Positions 1-11,729 of a stretch of DNA of 30,952 bases are shown in pieces. The DNA comes from Selaginella moellendorffii (lineage: Eukaryota; Plantae; Lycopodiophyta). The stretch spans positions 926,202 through 957,153 of the forward strand of contig NW_003314301.1 in assembly GCF_000143415.4 (NCBI RefSeq), in the 5' to 3' direction. The notes below the pieces were generated by a model that saw only the letters and a program-made list of their open reading frames with translations, had not been told where the DNA came from and made no database searches. Numbering within the stretch: the first letter of the stretch is position 1; every line of letters starts with the position of its first letter. A program made the translations under genes and the position numbers.

Positions 1-1341
1 AAGTGCTAACAGATCACCAATGAGCGATAGAAAATGCTACAACCCTTTCCAACACCACAATGGGCGAAGTCAAGGAACTAAGGAACCAACTTAAGCTTAG
101 CATAATGGACCACCATTAAGAATCCAGTCAAAGCTACTACAATGCTACTTCATGCAAGTAGACTTAGCTTCACCATCAACAACTTTGGGGTTGATCATCG
201 TTTAACCAAGCAACTTCGTAAACACATTGCTCATTATCACATGGATATGATATAGAAATCACAATGACTTGATCATCAATTGAGCAACACCACAAGCAAT
301 GCCAATGTTATTACTTCAAAGGTTTATGTGAGTATCAAGTGCTAACTCAATTCGACAAAATGCAACATAAATGCCACACTCCACCGATAGAGACTTACAA
401 CACCCAACATCACTAACTTTTGTTCACTACATGGACAAGCTTATGCCACTCTCTTTCCGACCAAACTCAAAACTTAATCTAACACCAAGCTACTCAAGGA
501 GCAATAGCAAGGTTCCTCAGAAAAGAATTGAGCATTGCAACCCAAGTCTTTCAATAGCAAGCCTAGACAAAATGGTTTAGCGCTTCACCGCTATCCATCC
601 CATAACTCACCATTTGTAAGACCATCATCTCCAAGATGCATCAAGGTAGGGACTCTTGATTGCATGATGTGAACACGAGCAATGAGTCACCCCTCGTTGC
701 AAACCATCTCTCCAAAAGAGAAGATGATTTACGTGTTTGATCCTTCGTCCCCGACGACTCTCTTTTCGGTCTCATCTTTGACTACACTTCAAGCTTGCGT
801 TCGCACTGCCTTCAGTCCAATCCAAGAAAAGTTTATAAGAGAGCACGGCAATGATTACTTGAACCAATAGATTAATCCCTACAGTCTTGATTGATCCACT
901 TGTAATCATGCCTAGGAAGGATCTACTAGTGCCGTGCTAAATAGCTACGGACCAGCCTATTTGCCACTCATAGCAAACTCAGGGAAGGTTTGCTCTTACC
1001 CACGGTACATGGAACAACTCATGGAACCACTAGAACAACTCATGGAACCACTGAGAGGCTAACATTAATCCTGCCAACTCAAAGTGTAACCTTAAGTTGC
1101 TAATGTGCCTCATTCACGAGCCCAAGCGTAAACTCGTGTAACCGGAACAACTCAATCCCTTTTGTGAGCCCAAGCTCAAGCTCACAGAATATGGTACAAA
1201 AGGTAACCAAAACCATACCCAAGGAACGAATGTGAACCCTTTGCACCAAACGTGTACCCACTCGGATCATCGTTTTCATCTCTGCGTATGCAACGAGACT
1301 AGTTGCCCAATCTCATTGAATAGTACTCGCTGAGACTCATC

Positions 1342-1352
1342 CTCTGATACCA
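1342..1352 (-). promoter_or_regulatory. Primer-binding site complementary to the 3' end of tRNA-iMet
   Basis: Plus strand ctctgatacca equals TGGTATCAGAG on the minus strand, separated from the LTR end by 'aa'. Confidence 0.9.
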
Positions 1353-1354
1353 AA

Positions 1355-2503
1355 TGTAGCGCACGTGGTTTTGACCTTTTATCCTATGGTGATTTACCAT
1401 AGGATAACACCACGAAGCGGAACCTAAACCCTCTTTGTGCCACGTGACAGATGCCACATGTCACATGCCACGTGTCCATGCCACGTGTCCATAGGAACCC
1501 GAGGTTCAGGGCCTTGGGCCACTGAACGAAGGAACGGTGCCAAACTCCCAAGCATGAAGCCAAGGAGTGACGGAACCGAACCACGGAGCAACTCCCGAGC
1601 ATAAAGCCCAAGGAGCGAAGGGACAGAAGCCCGGAGCGACTTGGAACAGTCCTGGAGCAACCAGCATCCCAATGCCAGGACTAGCACACAAAACGGAGCC
1701 AAACAGAGTCTGGCGCTATTTCGGCATACCGGTGGCCTAACGTGAGGATATGGGTACTCCACCAACTAGCATGGAATGGAACTTGGGCTTAGACCCAAGC
1801 CGGACGCAGAACAAGGACAGGCACGCAAGCGGGAGCTAGACTATGCCTCAGGTTGGTCGGCCATGCCCGACCTACCCACTATCCCTACTATACATTTGGA
1901 ACCCCCCACAGCCCCCCCCCCCCTTGAGGAACACACGCTTTGGGCTTTCACCCCAAGCCTCCCTTAGTATCAGGAGTTAGTCTCTGGGACAAGCTCGAAA
2001 CTTACTAAATATGGAATGTCCTTAGATTGCGAATTTGGACACGGGACGAACACCATTGTGTTCAGGAAGATCTCTACATTCCGTAGATATGCTAAATGAG
2101 CAAATCTGGACACTTTCCATAAATAGCATTTGGGACCGAAATGAGACTAACACAAAGGGCATGATAGCGAGGGTGTTTTGCAGACACGGTAAGCTATCAT
2201 GTAGCGATATTGAGGGACCAATCTCAATACGCGAGGGTTCTTGTCAAGCCAGTGCAAGACAGAGCAAAAGAGAACTAACAAGCCGGGCCAAGTATGCTCA
2301 GCTCAATAGACACTTAGGAATTCCTTCCTTATGCTCATCCGGCCAAGTACAGATGCAAAGTCCAGTTTACTAACACTTGAACAAGAGGGGCTAATAAAGG
2401 GAACCAGCAATACCGACCTCCTGCCATCGTGGCAGTAAGGTAAGAGTGTCCGTAAGGACTAGTCGACAGGTAACTTTCGATACCCGAAGTCACATGCGCG
2501 ACA
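1355..2503 (-). repeat. Long terminal repeat (5' LTR, about 1149 bp)
   Basis: Starts TGTAGCGCACGTG and ends CACATGCGCGACA (imperfect terminal inverted repeat, 11/13). The boundary is confirmed by the second copy starting TGTCGCG at 8456. Confidence 0.9.
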
Positions 2504-2692
2504 CTACTATACATTTGGAACCCCCCATATCCCCTAGCCCCCCTTCCCTTGAGGAACACATGCTTTGGGCTTTCACCCCTATCTTTGAACCCCACGAATC
2601 GTTTCTCAAGTTGTTCTCTTTAGTTACTTACAGAAACTTACTAAATATAAAATATCCTTAGATTGTGAATTTGGACATGGGACGAACACCAT
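2504..2692 (-). repeat. Fragment of a related LTR directly abutting the 5' LTR
   Basis: ctactatacatttggaacccccc...cccttgaggaacaca.gctttgggctttcacccc...cttactaaatat...ttggaca.gggacgaacacca matches LTR positions about 1885-2057, with a divergent middle. Confidence 0.8.
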
Positions 2693-2699
2693 GGTTTAA

Positions 2700-4450
2700 G
2701 AGGCATTAGAAGGCTCTTATCCAGCCACATACCAAATATATGTGGATCTTCTCCTTGCTTTATTCTGCAGCACACTCACAAAAGGTGGCAATCTTCCTTG
2801 GGTACTACTAGTAGCAACCAACTCCTTGGCATCTTTATTTAAGGACTAGGCTTCTTGGGAGTTCACAGCCCTCTCTGCAATAGCCAATGAGATTTTAGCC
2901 AAGCTTGGAGCTAGGGATAATGTGAAAACAACAAGTGGTGATTTGCCAAATGCAAGTGACAACATTGTTGGTGTTCTAGTCATGATTTTCAAAGATCAAG
3001 AGACATCAGCCTCCACACTCATGAACAATCTCCTTCAACCACACAACTCAAACAACTTGGATCACATAATTCCCAACTAATGGTGTTTACCCCTATTGAG
3101 AAGATCTTGAATTTCTAGAGCCCTTTATTTGAACCTCATATCCACCATGTTGTATGTTCTTATCTACTAACTTTGCCTTTCCAGGACACACTCATAGATT
3201 TATGTACTTTATCATGGATCCCTACAAGATCAATAAACAACACTCTTGTGACCACTCAATTCACTATCACAACTCCAATTTGTTTTCCTCACTAGCAAGG
3301 AGCCTCACTCAAGGATCTATGCCACTCACATCACCCATTTGGATATGGCATATGCTAGCTATGGAGCAATAGTGAGTGCTCCAACCTCTTTTCTTAACTT
3401 TGGCCACACTTAAAAGCTTTTGCATAACTTCCTTGCCACTGAAATGAGTCTTCTTTAGTTGGCAATAGCTTTATATCATCCTAGAGTCACCACTCCAATA
3501 CTTCAATATGGCATCACACAATCACATGCCTTTGGGTTTCTTCATGTTTCAGCTCTGATTCTCTACATGGTGTCCTCAAGCATGGAGCCTTCCCAAACAC
3601 CCTACATATCACAGAGATCCAGCATAACTATAGCCATAAATTATATACAATTTCATAGTAGCTTTCTCAAGTACGTAAACAACTAAAGAAAACAACTCAA
3701 GATATAATTCAAAAAAGTTCAAATATAAAGAGAAATAGCCTATCCCTTAAAAGATTTTCCAATCTTAAGATATTTAGGGTTAAGCCCAAGAAGTTCAAAT
3801 TCAAGAGTTTGTAATTTGCCCATCGGACTTCTACAAGCACTTCAGATGACTTTCTCCTCTTTAGCAACATCAACATTCCCCATTTAGGAACAATCAGCAC
3901 AACCCAACATTATGCTCTAAGTTCTCATACCAATGTCTTTTGCAACTTCAGATTCTCTTGACATCACAAGCTTTAGACCATCTTGCTTGACTTTAACTTG
4001 ATTGTCCATGGAATCCAAAGCTTTCTCTAGGATTCCTTTTGCCCTTTAGATGCGAGCTTCTTCACAACAACACTCAAGAAAAACTCAAGTCACCACCTTC
4101 TTTACTAGTGCTCCTTTCTTTTCTTCTTTGTTTTCAGTTGCTTTTCATGTTCTTCTAGGTAATTTTCTCTTGCAAACACAATCTCAAGCTTGGATTCCAG
4201 CCTTGGATGCCCTTAACTCCTCTTTTCTAGGAGCTCATTTATTTCTTGGCTATTTCCCCTTTATTTCCAAGTTCTTGTCTTTATCACTTTTAACAACACA
4301 TCCTCCAATTTTATTTCCATCCACTTACATTTACAAAATATCACTCTATTCACTCTCAAAATCATCATCACAAATATCTGATCTCTATTTTTATCAATAC
4401 AATGCAGATATAATCAAGCTTTTTGAATGTCAGAAAAAAAAGATATAACT
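2700..4450 (-). other. Decayed, probably TE-derived coding sequence (unassigned)
   Basis: CpG-depleted, purine-rich on the minus strand, with short protein-like stretches broken by stops. No domain recognised. Confidence 0.3.
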
Positions 4451-5030
4451 TGAACCATCACAGCATGAGACTTATGGCAAATCTAAAGACATTCCAACTT
4501 TTTTTTTAGTCAATTGGGCTTGCATAGAAAAGGCATCTAGACATTCATTAGTGGAGTAGACAACTCCCCTGCCACTGATTCCTCATCACCTGGTCGTGAT
4601 GTTTGTTATGCAATTAGGGTCAAGTAGAGGATGTCTTCCATGTTGCCAAGCTTTTGTCTTGCTGTGAGATTAATTCCCCTGGCTTAGCAAAGTTATATCT
4701 CTCCTTGTGACTCTGGCCACTAGTACTGCAAAACACCTTGCAAACTAGAGATTAGAGTGCAGAAGGCGACTTGCTGATCTTGCTCAAAAGAGACCCAGCT
4801 CACCACGATCCAAACTCTCATCATCAGATTATAGAAAAAATATTCCACTTCCACCAAAGTATAACCTCTTAAGAGCGTCCTGCCAAGTTGCCCTGGAGCT
4901 GCTCACATCAGTGAAATCTCTCATTCCAGCTCTGGAGCTCTATGTAGCATCCTGCGACATGATCGGCTAGCTAGTGGGATCAATCCGTGGCTGACAATCT
5001 CCGCGATGTTAAGGAGCCGATTGAGCGAGG

Positions 5031-5841
5031 ATGAACCTTGTTCCGCTTGAGTCTATCTCAAGCAGTGAGGCAAAGTAAGAACCGATTTTGTTTTATTTCT
5101 TTCTTCCGGCTTTTTTTCTTGATTTTGATCTTGGGGGCTCTCTCGTTTGATCTTGTACCTCATTGTAGGTGCTATGCGATTCTCACTTCGTTACACATGT
5201 TCGAGAGCTCCGAAATCGGAAAAGCTCTTCTGTATGATCCAAAGATCTCGTCCAAGGCGGCCATCCGGCAGAAGCATCGTTCCTCGAGTCCATGCGGCTC
5301 ATGTTCCCCAACAAGCAAAAGCTTCGTGCACAAGCAGCGGCAGAAGAGTGTCCGTGATACTTTATACAAGAAAAAGAGAGGCTTGGTAGACGACAAAGGC
5401 GTGCTTGATGGCATCGCCAACGGTGGGAGCCATATCAACCTTGGAGAAGACGACTTGGACATCCTAGTTGATCTGGACGATCATGCTTTCTCTCAGATGG
5501 TCGATCTTCTTGCTACAGGAGGGATTGAAGCTGTCATTGGAGCTTTCCCTGTGAATCTGAGCTGGAACCGCAGCAGGATACCAAGGACGAAGTCTCGCTT
5601 GAGAGTTTACCCCCGTGATTCATCTCAAACTAAGCTTGACAAACCAAATGGAGCTGCCGAAAATGACGTGAGTGAAGATGCCAAGAAAGAGCTTCGTTCA
5701 AGACCAGAAATGATCAAGAGTAAAGAGACAGCACCTATTGAGAAAAACTATCATATTGAAGATGGAAGGGAATGCATGACGTCCGGGCCAGGGTACACTT
5801 TGCCTGCGAGTACCTGTCGGGTTTCGCCGTATTTGTTTTGA
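5031..5841 (+). CDS. Hypothetical protein of about 238 aa (exons 5031-5074 and 5169-5841)
   Basis: GTAAG at 5075, a pyrimidine-rich tract and TAG at 5168 define a 94-bp intron. Splicing joins ATG 5031 (MNLVPLESISSSEAK) in frame to the long open frame (CYAILTSLHMFESSEIGK...SPYLF*). CpG is retained, unlike the flanks. No family recognised, and it could be a gene fragment. Confidence 0.45.
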
Positions 5842-5909
5842 AGCAAAGGCGCAAGGATTTGGAGAAAAGGACCAAGAAAACTTTATTTGAATTCTTTAAT
5901 TTCCACTTA

Positions 5910-6361
5910 TCAAGCAACACTCCCATCAATAGTGAAGTGAGCCTCTTCACCATTAAAAGACCAATCCCATCGTCCTGCCTTTTGTGGACAGGCGTTTCGC
6001 CCACATGTGGCTTGCATGCATTGGCTAATGATATTATTACATCCAGTCTATTAAGATTCAAAATTACCATGTAATTAGTAAGTATTAGTTTGAAGCTTGC
6101 CTCGCTTACCGTACAATATTTTGCCTTGGAATTGCCTGTGAAAGTTAGAGTGACACTTCTTCTCCTTCCAGATGAATCAAACCCAAAAATATATGTTTTC
6201 CCATTGTTGGCTATATCAGCACCACAAAAAGTATTGGCAGCTTGTTGGTAATTAGACACTGTAAGCCCTGCTGGCATGGAACCTCCATAACAATCAGCAC
6301 TATAAATTACACCAAAGTACAAAAGGTTAAGAAACATAAGTGCAATAATTACTCTATCCAT
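5910..6361 (-). CDS. Small secreted cysteine-rich protein, 129 aa (exons 6361-6110 and 6047-5910)
   Basis: Signal peptide MDRVIIALMFLNLLYFGVIYSA. The 62-bp intron 6109-6048 has a GTAAG donor, TACTAAT branch site and TAG acceptor. The spliced frame continues ...KYCT|TGCNNIISQCMQATCGRNACPQKAGRWDWSFNGEEAHFTIDGSVA*. Seven Cys. Confidence 0.85.
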
Positions 6362-6423
6362 TGTGATTGAAAAGATGTATTGCAATGTCAGGTTTTCTAG
6401 GCAGTTCTTTAATAGTTGATTCA

Positions 6424-6640
6424 AATGTGTTCTATTAGAACACGCAAGTATTTGATATGATATGTGATAAGATCAATGACTTTTACTACTAATCCTACCC
6501 CATTAGTTGATTGAATGTTTTCTATTAGGACACGCAAGTATTTGATAAGATTCATGATAAGATCAATGACTTTTACTTCTAATCCTAAGGACACCCAAGT
6601 ATTTGATAAGATATGTTTATGATAAAATTTTATTTCTATC
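6424..6640. repeat. Tandem repeat, unit about 90 bp, about 2.5 copies, upstream of the secreted-protein gene
   Basis: acac(g/c)caagtatttgata occurs three times (about 6439, 6530, 6591). tgataagatcaatgacttttact.ctaatcct occurs twice. Confidence 0.85.
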
Positions 6641-7425
6641 ACTTTATTCAATTAATAGTTTATTTAAATGCCCATTATTAAAATAAATCAAATTTAGGAT
6701 TTTAATATAAATTTTCTAGGTTATATTTAGTGTAATATAGAGCCCAGAAATATTCAAAGCAATATTTCATGACAGTTTTAGACTGTAACCAAAGATAGCA
6801 GTATATAGAAGATCCACAGCATCTATAGTCTTAGGTGAGGCTTGGGGTCAAGTTGTACTGAGTCTTGTGGTGAGTGTCTAATGGAGTTAGCAAAGATCCA
6901 ACAGGACATTTATTCAAAACTTGCACAAATAAAAAAAATCAAGAACAATTCATATGTTGAGGTAGCAATGGAAGACTTATTGTCATATCTCGTTTAGCCA
7001 AAAATCAAGGGTGTCTCTTGTGCAAGAAGTGATACTCCTTCTGGAATGTCCAAGAGTGAATTTGCAAGCCCCTTATGTGTTTCTTACACAATTCTAACAG
7101 CCTGCTCTCACTTCAGTTTTGGCTTGTTATAAGCACAATACAAGTTTGGTCTACTAGTTTATACCTAGTGTGAGCTTTGTGTTAGTTTTATCCATGAGAA
7201 GGGATTTTGGTAGCTATGTAAATTAGTGGCAAAGGAGTAAATGAGTGAATGATAACTGACTTGGTCAGCCATTCATCTAATAGATTTGATCTTTTGTACC
7301 TTAGATAATATTATAAGAGTGTATGCCACTTTAGTATAGAAATTGCCTGGTAGTTTGGCAATCTAACTACCATATCATCATAAATTCCAAGAATATCTAT
7401 TAAATTTAATTTTTAAGGTTTGTAA

Positions 7426-7492
7426 ATATGTATGTATGTGTGTGTCTATATATATATATATAACTTATGTGTGTCTATATATATATATATAA
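7426..7492. repeat. Compound (TG)n/(TA)n microsatellite, duplicated
   Basis: tatgtgtgt...ctatatatatatatataa occurs twice in tandem. Confidence 0.9.
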
Positions 7493-8455
7493 TCGATCTA
7501 GGTAATATACTAATTATAGCACTATAGCATATTTAATCCATCCATTCTGCTATATAAGAAGGGGTCTACACCCCAATTAAGATATTTAATTCTCATATCC
7601 TAAACACTTACGTTGGTGGAAGTAAGGGGCATTGCAATTTATCGCTGAAGGGCAAAATTTTTACTGTAGTGTTTAGGATTATGCTTTTATTTTTATTCTT
7701 TTCTTTTTCTTTTAGATTTAGATTTGTATTAGCTTTTTGTAAGATCTAGAATTTTACCTATTGCTATGTTTAAATTTACTCTTTTTTTTAATCTTTATTA
7801 CATTCCCTTCTTCTATCATGCCATACTATCATTGATCAAGGAATATATCACTTAAAGCTATTACTCCATTGAATCAAGTCTTTGGTGCTATAGGGTGTGA
7901 TTATATTGGTGTTGCATTCATCTTTGATATATTGCTATCTCCAAGTTTTGTGAGATATAATTACATAGCTTTTCTTGTTCTTAGTGTTTTGCCATCTCTT
8001 GTTAATGTGGAGCGTGTTCATGATATTGATTAAAGAGTTGTGAATAATGCAATTCAATCCTTGAAGAATGTTTAAGGATCGAGTTTATAGGAAGATAATG
8101 TTTACGAGTTTGAATAGATTTTAAATTGTGATGGGGAGCTTAATTATTATGAAGATAGCTTTAAAGACAAATTAAAATTTTCATAAGGTAGGTATTAATC
8201 CTTCAATCTATCATTTGATCATCTCCTTTTACTTCTATTTGTTACAACCTTTTTTTATTTCTCGGTCTTTCTCAGTTTAAGCCATCTTCTCATGTTCTTA
8301 GTTTTTTGTTCCTTATTTCCAGTATCTTCTTCTCCTAGCATGTCAATCATTTATGACTTTTATGATTCTCATTCTCAATGTAGTGTTGAGTTGAGTGTTT
8401 TCTGTCCTCATACTAATTTAGATGTTAAGCATGTGCATAAAGTTAAGGATCTTGC

Positions 8456-9571
8456 TGTCGCGAATATGACTTCAGGTATCGAAAGTTACCTGTCGACCAG
8501 TCCTTACGGACACTCTTTCTTTACTGCCACGACGGCAGAAGGTCGGTATTGCTGAGGCCTGTTATTAGTCTCCACTTAAGCTAGTTGAGAAACTGGTTTT
8601 TGTGTGTGCACTTGACCAAATGAGCATAAAGACGAAATTTTTAAGTGCTATTAGTCAAGCATACTTGACTTGGTTAGAGAAACTCATCCGTTGACTTGCA
8701 CTTGCTAGTGTTGGGAACCCCCGCGATATTGAGATTGGTCCCTCAATATTCACTAAATAATAGCTTACCGTGTCTGCTAAACACCCTTGCTATTATGCCC
8801 TTTGTGTTAGTTTCATTCCGGTCCTAAATACTATTTATGGAAAGTGTCTAGATTTGCTTATTTGGCATATTTACAGAATGTAGAGATTGGCCTGAACACA
8901 ATGGTGTTCGTCCCATGTCCAAATTTACATTCTAGCACCATTCCATATTTAGTAAGTTTCGAACTTGTCCCAGAGACTAACTCTTGATACTAAGGGAAGC
9001 TCGGAGTGAAAGCCCAAAGTGTGTGTTCCTCAAGGGGGGGTGGCTGTGGGGGGTTCCAAATGTGTAGTAGAGATAGTGGGTAGGTTGGGCATGGCTAACC
9101 AACTCGAGGCATAGTCTAGCTTCTGATTGCGTATCTGTCCTTGTTCTGCGTCTAGCTTGGGTCTAACCCCAAGCTCCACACCATGCTAGCTGGTGGAGTA
9201 CCCATATCCTTGCGTTAAACCACTAATATGCCAAAAAAGTGCCAAACTCTGTTTAGCTCCGTTTTGTATGCTGGTTCTGGCATTGGGATGTTAGTTGCTC
9301 TAGGACTGTTCCAAGTCGCTCAGGACTTTTGTCCCTTTGCTCCTTAGGTTGTATGCTTGGGAGTTGCTCCGTGGTCTGGTTCCATCACTCTTTGGCTCCA
9401 AGCTTAGGGGTTTGGCACCATTCCTTTGTTTAGTGGCCCAAGGCCCTGAACCTTGGGTTAGTGTAGTGCATGTGGTTTTGACCCTTTATCCTATGGTGAT
9501 TTACCATAGGATAATACGAAATGGAACCTAAACCCTTCATGTGCCACGTGTTACATGCCACGTGTCTATAA
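8456..9571 (+). mobile_element. Solo LTR of the 1355-2503 family, with its 3'-terminal ~110 bp inverted
   Basis: 8456-9459 is the reverse complement of about 2503-1496. 9462-9571 matches 1355-1493 in the direct orientation. No adjacent PBS or internal domain. Confidence 0.9.
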
Positions 9572-11729
9572 GATAGTGGTGTGGTGCTTTTTTTTTCATT
9601 AGCAAAGTCTTTAATCAATTATGCTATTTAGTATTCCCTTATTCCAAGGTTGACTCACTTTTGCAAGAGTTTCGACTTGAATATGTATCCCTGGTTATGA
9701 GTGCCATTGAGAGCTTTTGCTTTACTATTGCTACTAAGGAGTTTATGTATTCTCTTAAAAGTATGGACATTTTTATTGATTTCCCATGTCAAGTATTGAA
9801 TTGTGTGTTGAAAAAGTTGAGTATTGTGAATTTTTTGCTTATATGGTGGTGGTGAAAGTATTTTATGACAAAAAGTCTTTTGTTTTCTAAACATTGAGCA
9901 CATATCCTTCTTTTTCATTTCCCTATTTTTGCATTAACAACTGCTAAAAGTTCCTCATTTAATATTTATATATCCCTTTTTTTTCTTCTACAATATTTCT
10001 TTCTCAATTTTTCTTACTTTCTCTTTTTTGCCTTGACACTTTAAACTTTTTTTCTTTAGAAAAGGGGGTAGAGAGGATAGATAGGAGTTCAACCTTGACA
10101 ATGGAGTAAGGATGAACAGATACAATAGTAGAGCAAAGTGGATTGTGAAGTGAGGACAAGTATAGTGAGTCCGAATAGAATATTTAACCCTAACATAATG
10201 AAGACGAATGAATATAATAAGGGAGTGAGGCCAAATATAAATAATAGAGTGAAGATAAGTGTAGTAAATTTGAATGAAAACAATACTTTTTTCTTTTGAG
10301 AAGGAGATAAAGAGGACGTGGAGGACAAATGGAGTGAGTCCGACCTCCTATATTTAGTGTTAGATAAAGATGAATGTCATAAGTTTGAGTTAATATAGGT
10401 TATGAATATTAATTGAAGGGAAAACACAAAGGCAAGTTCTACTTATGCTCATAAGTTTGAGTTAATGATGGTTTCAAAGAATCGTTAGCAGACAAATTTA
10501 AAGGCAAGATGTATTTTTTGTTACAATGATGTTTTATAGATTGTAGTGGCTCTTGAAGTCCCTTTTTTCAGTTTGATTTGAGGTTGGTTTAGACTATACT
10601 TAACCAAAGAAAATGACTCAAGATACATTCTATAAAGTTCAAATATAAAAAAAAAAAATCTATGAAAAAAAATGCATCTCCTTTTCGAATCAGTTAAGGG
10701 TATTAGTATATCTGAGATCTTTAGGTTTGAGTAGTATTAGGTTGGATGACTTCTTAAGAAATTTAAATTCAGAAGTTTACATTTTGTATTAGAGGGGTTT
10801 TAAGTTTGACTTTATTGGTTAATTAAGGGAATCGTAAGGGTCTCACGTTTGACTGTGTTGGTTAGCTAATGGAATTATACCATATATTGATATTGATATA
10901 TAGTGATTCAATTTACTCTAGTTGGGCTTGACCCAAGGAATAGAGTGTCAAGAGAGTTGCAACTTTCAACTTTCATTCACATAGGCATAAACTTGCAAGG
11001 AAATATGATGAATCATAAGTAATCAAAGAGAACGACTCAAAAAATAATCTATAGAACAAAAGTGCATTCTCATTTTCAATCGGTTAAAGGTCTTGAGATA
11101 CTTAAAATTAAGCATCCTTGGGTTATAAGAGCTTAGATGACCATTTTATTGCTACATACAAAGTTGTAATTGGTTCATCAGGATTCTGTAGTTAGCTAAT
11201 ACATATAATACATGTATTACATTATGTAAGTAATAGATTAATTAATAGTACTATAACATATGGATCATCCATTTAGAACTAAATCTAGTTCATCCATTCT
11301 CATATATAAGCAAGGGGTTAAACCCAAATTAAGGTACCTATTCCCAAATCCTGAGCATTCATAATTTTATATTAAAAAATGTCAAAATCATTAATGGTTT
11401 TTACATCATTTTGTTTTTTAGAAAACAAGATCATCACTAGCTTGTTTGTATGCAATAGTGGATAAACATAATGCATGAAGCGTTTTCATACTTTGTGTGC
11501 ATATCTGGGGGAAAAACACACTAAGTGATTATATTCTATGGAAATGTCAAACAAATTCTCTTAATTCAAACAAATTCTCACCTTTTATAAATAAAAAACT
11601 TTTTAAACACATGTTTTCTACTTACTTTTTCAATATATAATTACATCAGGCTACTATACAATTTCTGGCATAAAGTGGGAAATCTCCATGTTATAAACAA
11701 TAAAGAGAAAGAGGCTTAGGTAGGCTACC

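Larger units (their letters stand above)
1..2503 (-). mobile_element. LTR retrotransposon, 5' part (5' LTR, PBS and decayed internal region running off the left edge)
   Basis: Minus-strand PBS TGGTATCAGAG lies 2 nt from a TG...CA-bounded segment of about 1.15 kb that recurs at 8456-9571. The internal region 1-1341 has no intact ORF, so the superfamily cannot be assigned. Confidence 0.85.

Noticed and set aside
1384-2661. Several 60-110 aa ORFs within the LTR
   Set aside because: They lie in LTR sequence, show no protein motifs and are disrupted in the second copy.
5735-6424. 229-aa unspliced ORF
   Set aside because: It reads through a canonical intron into another frame. The spliced 129-aa product is much more coherent.
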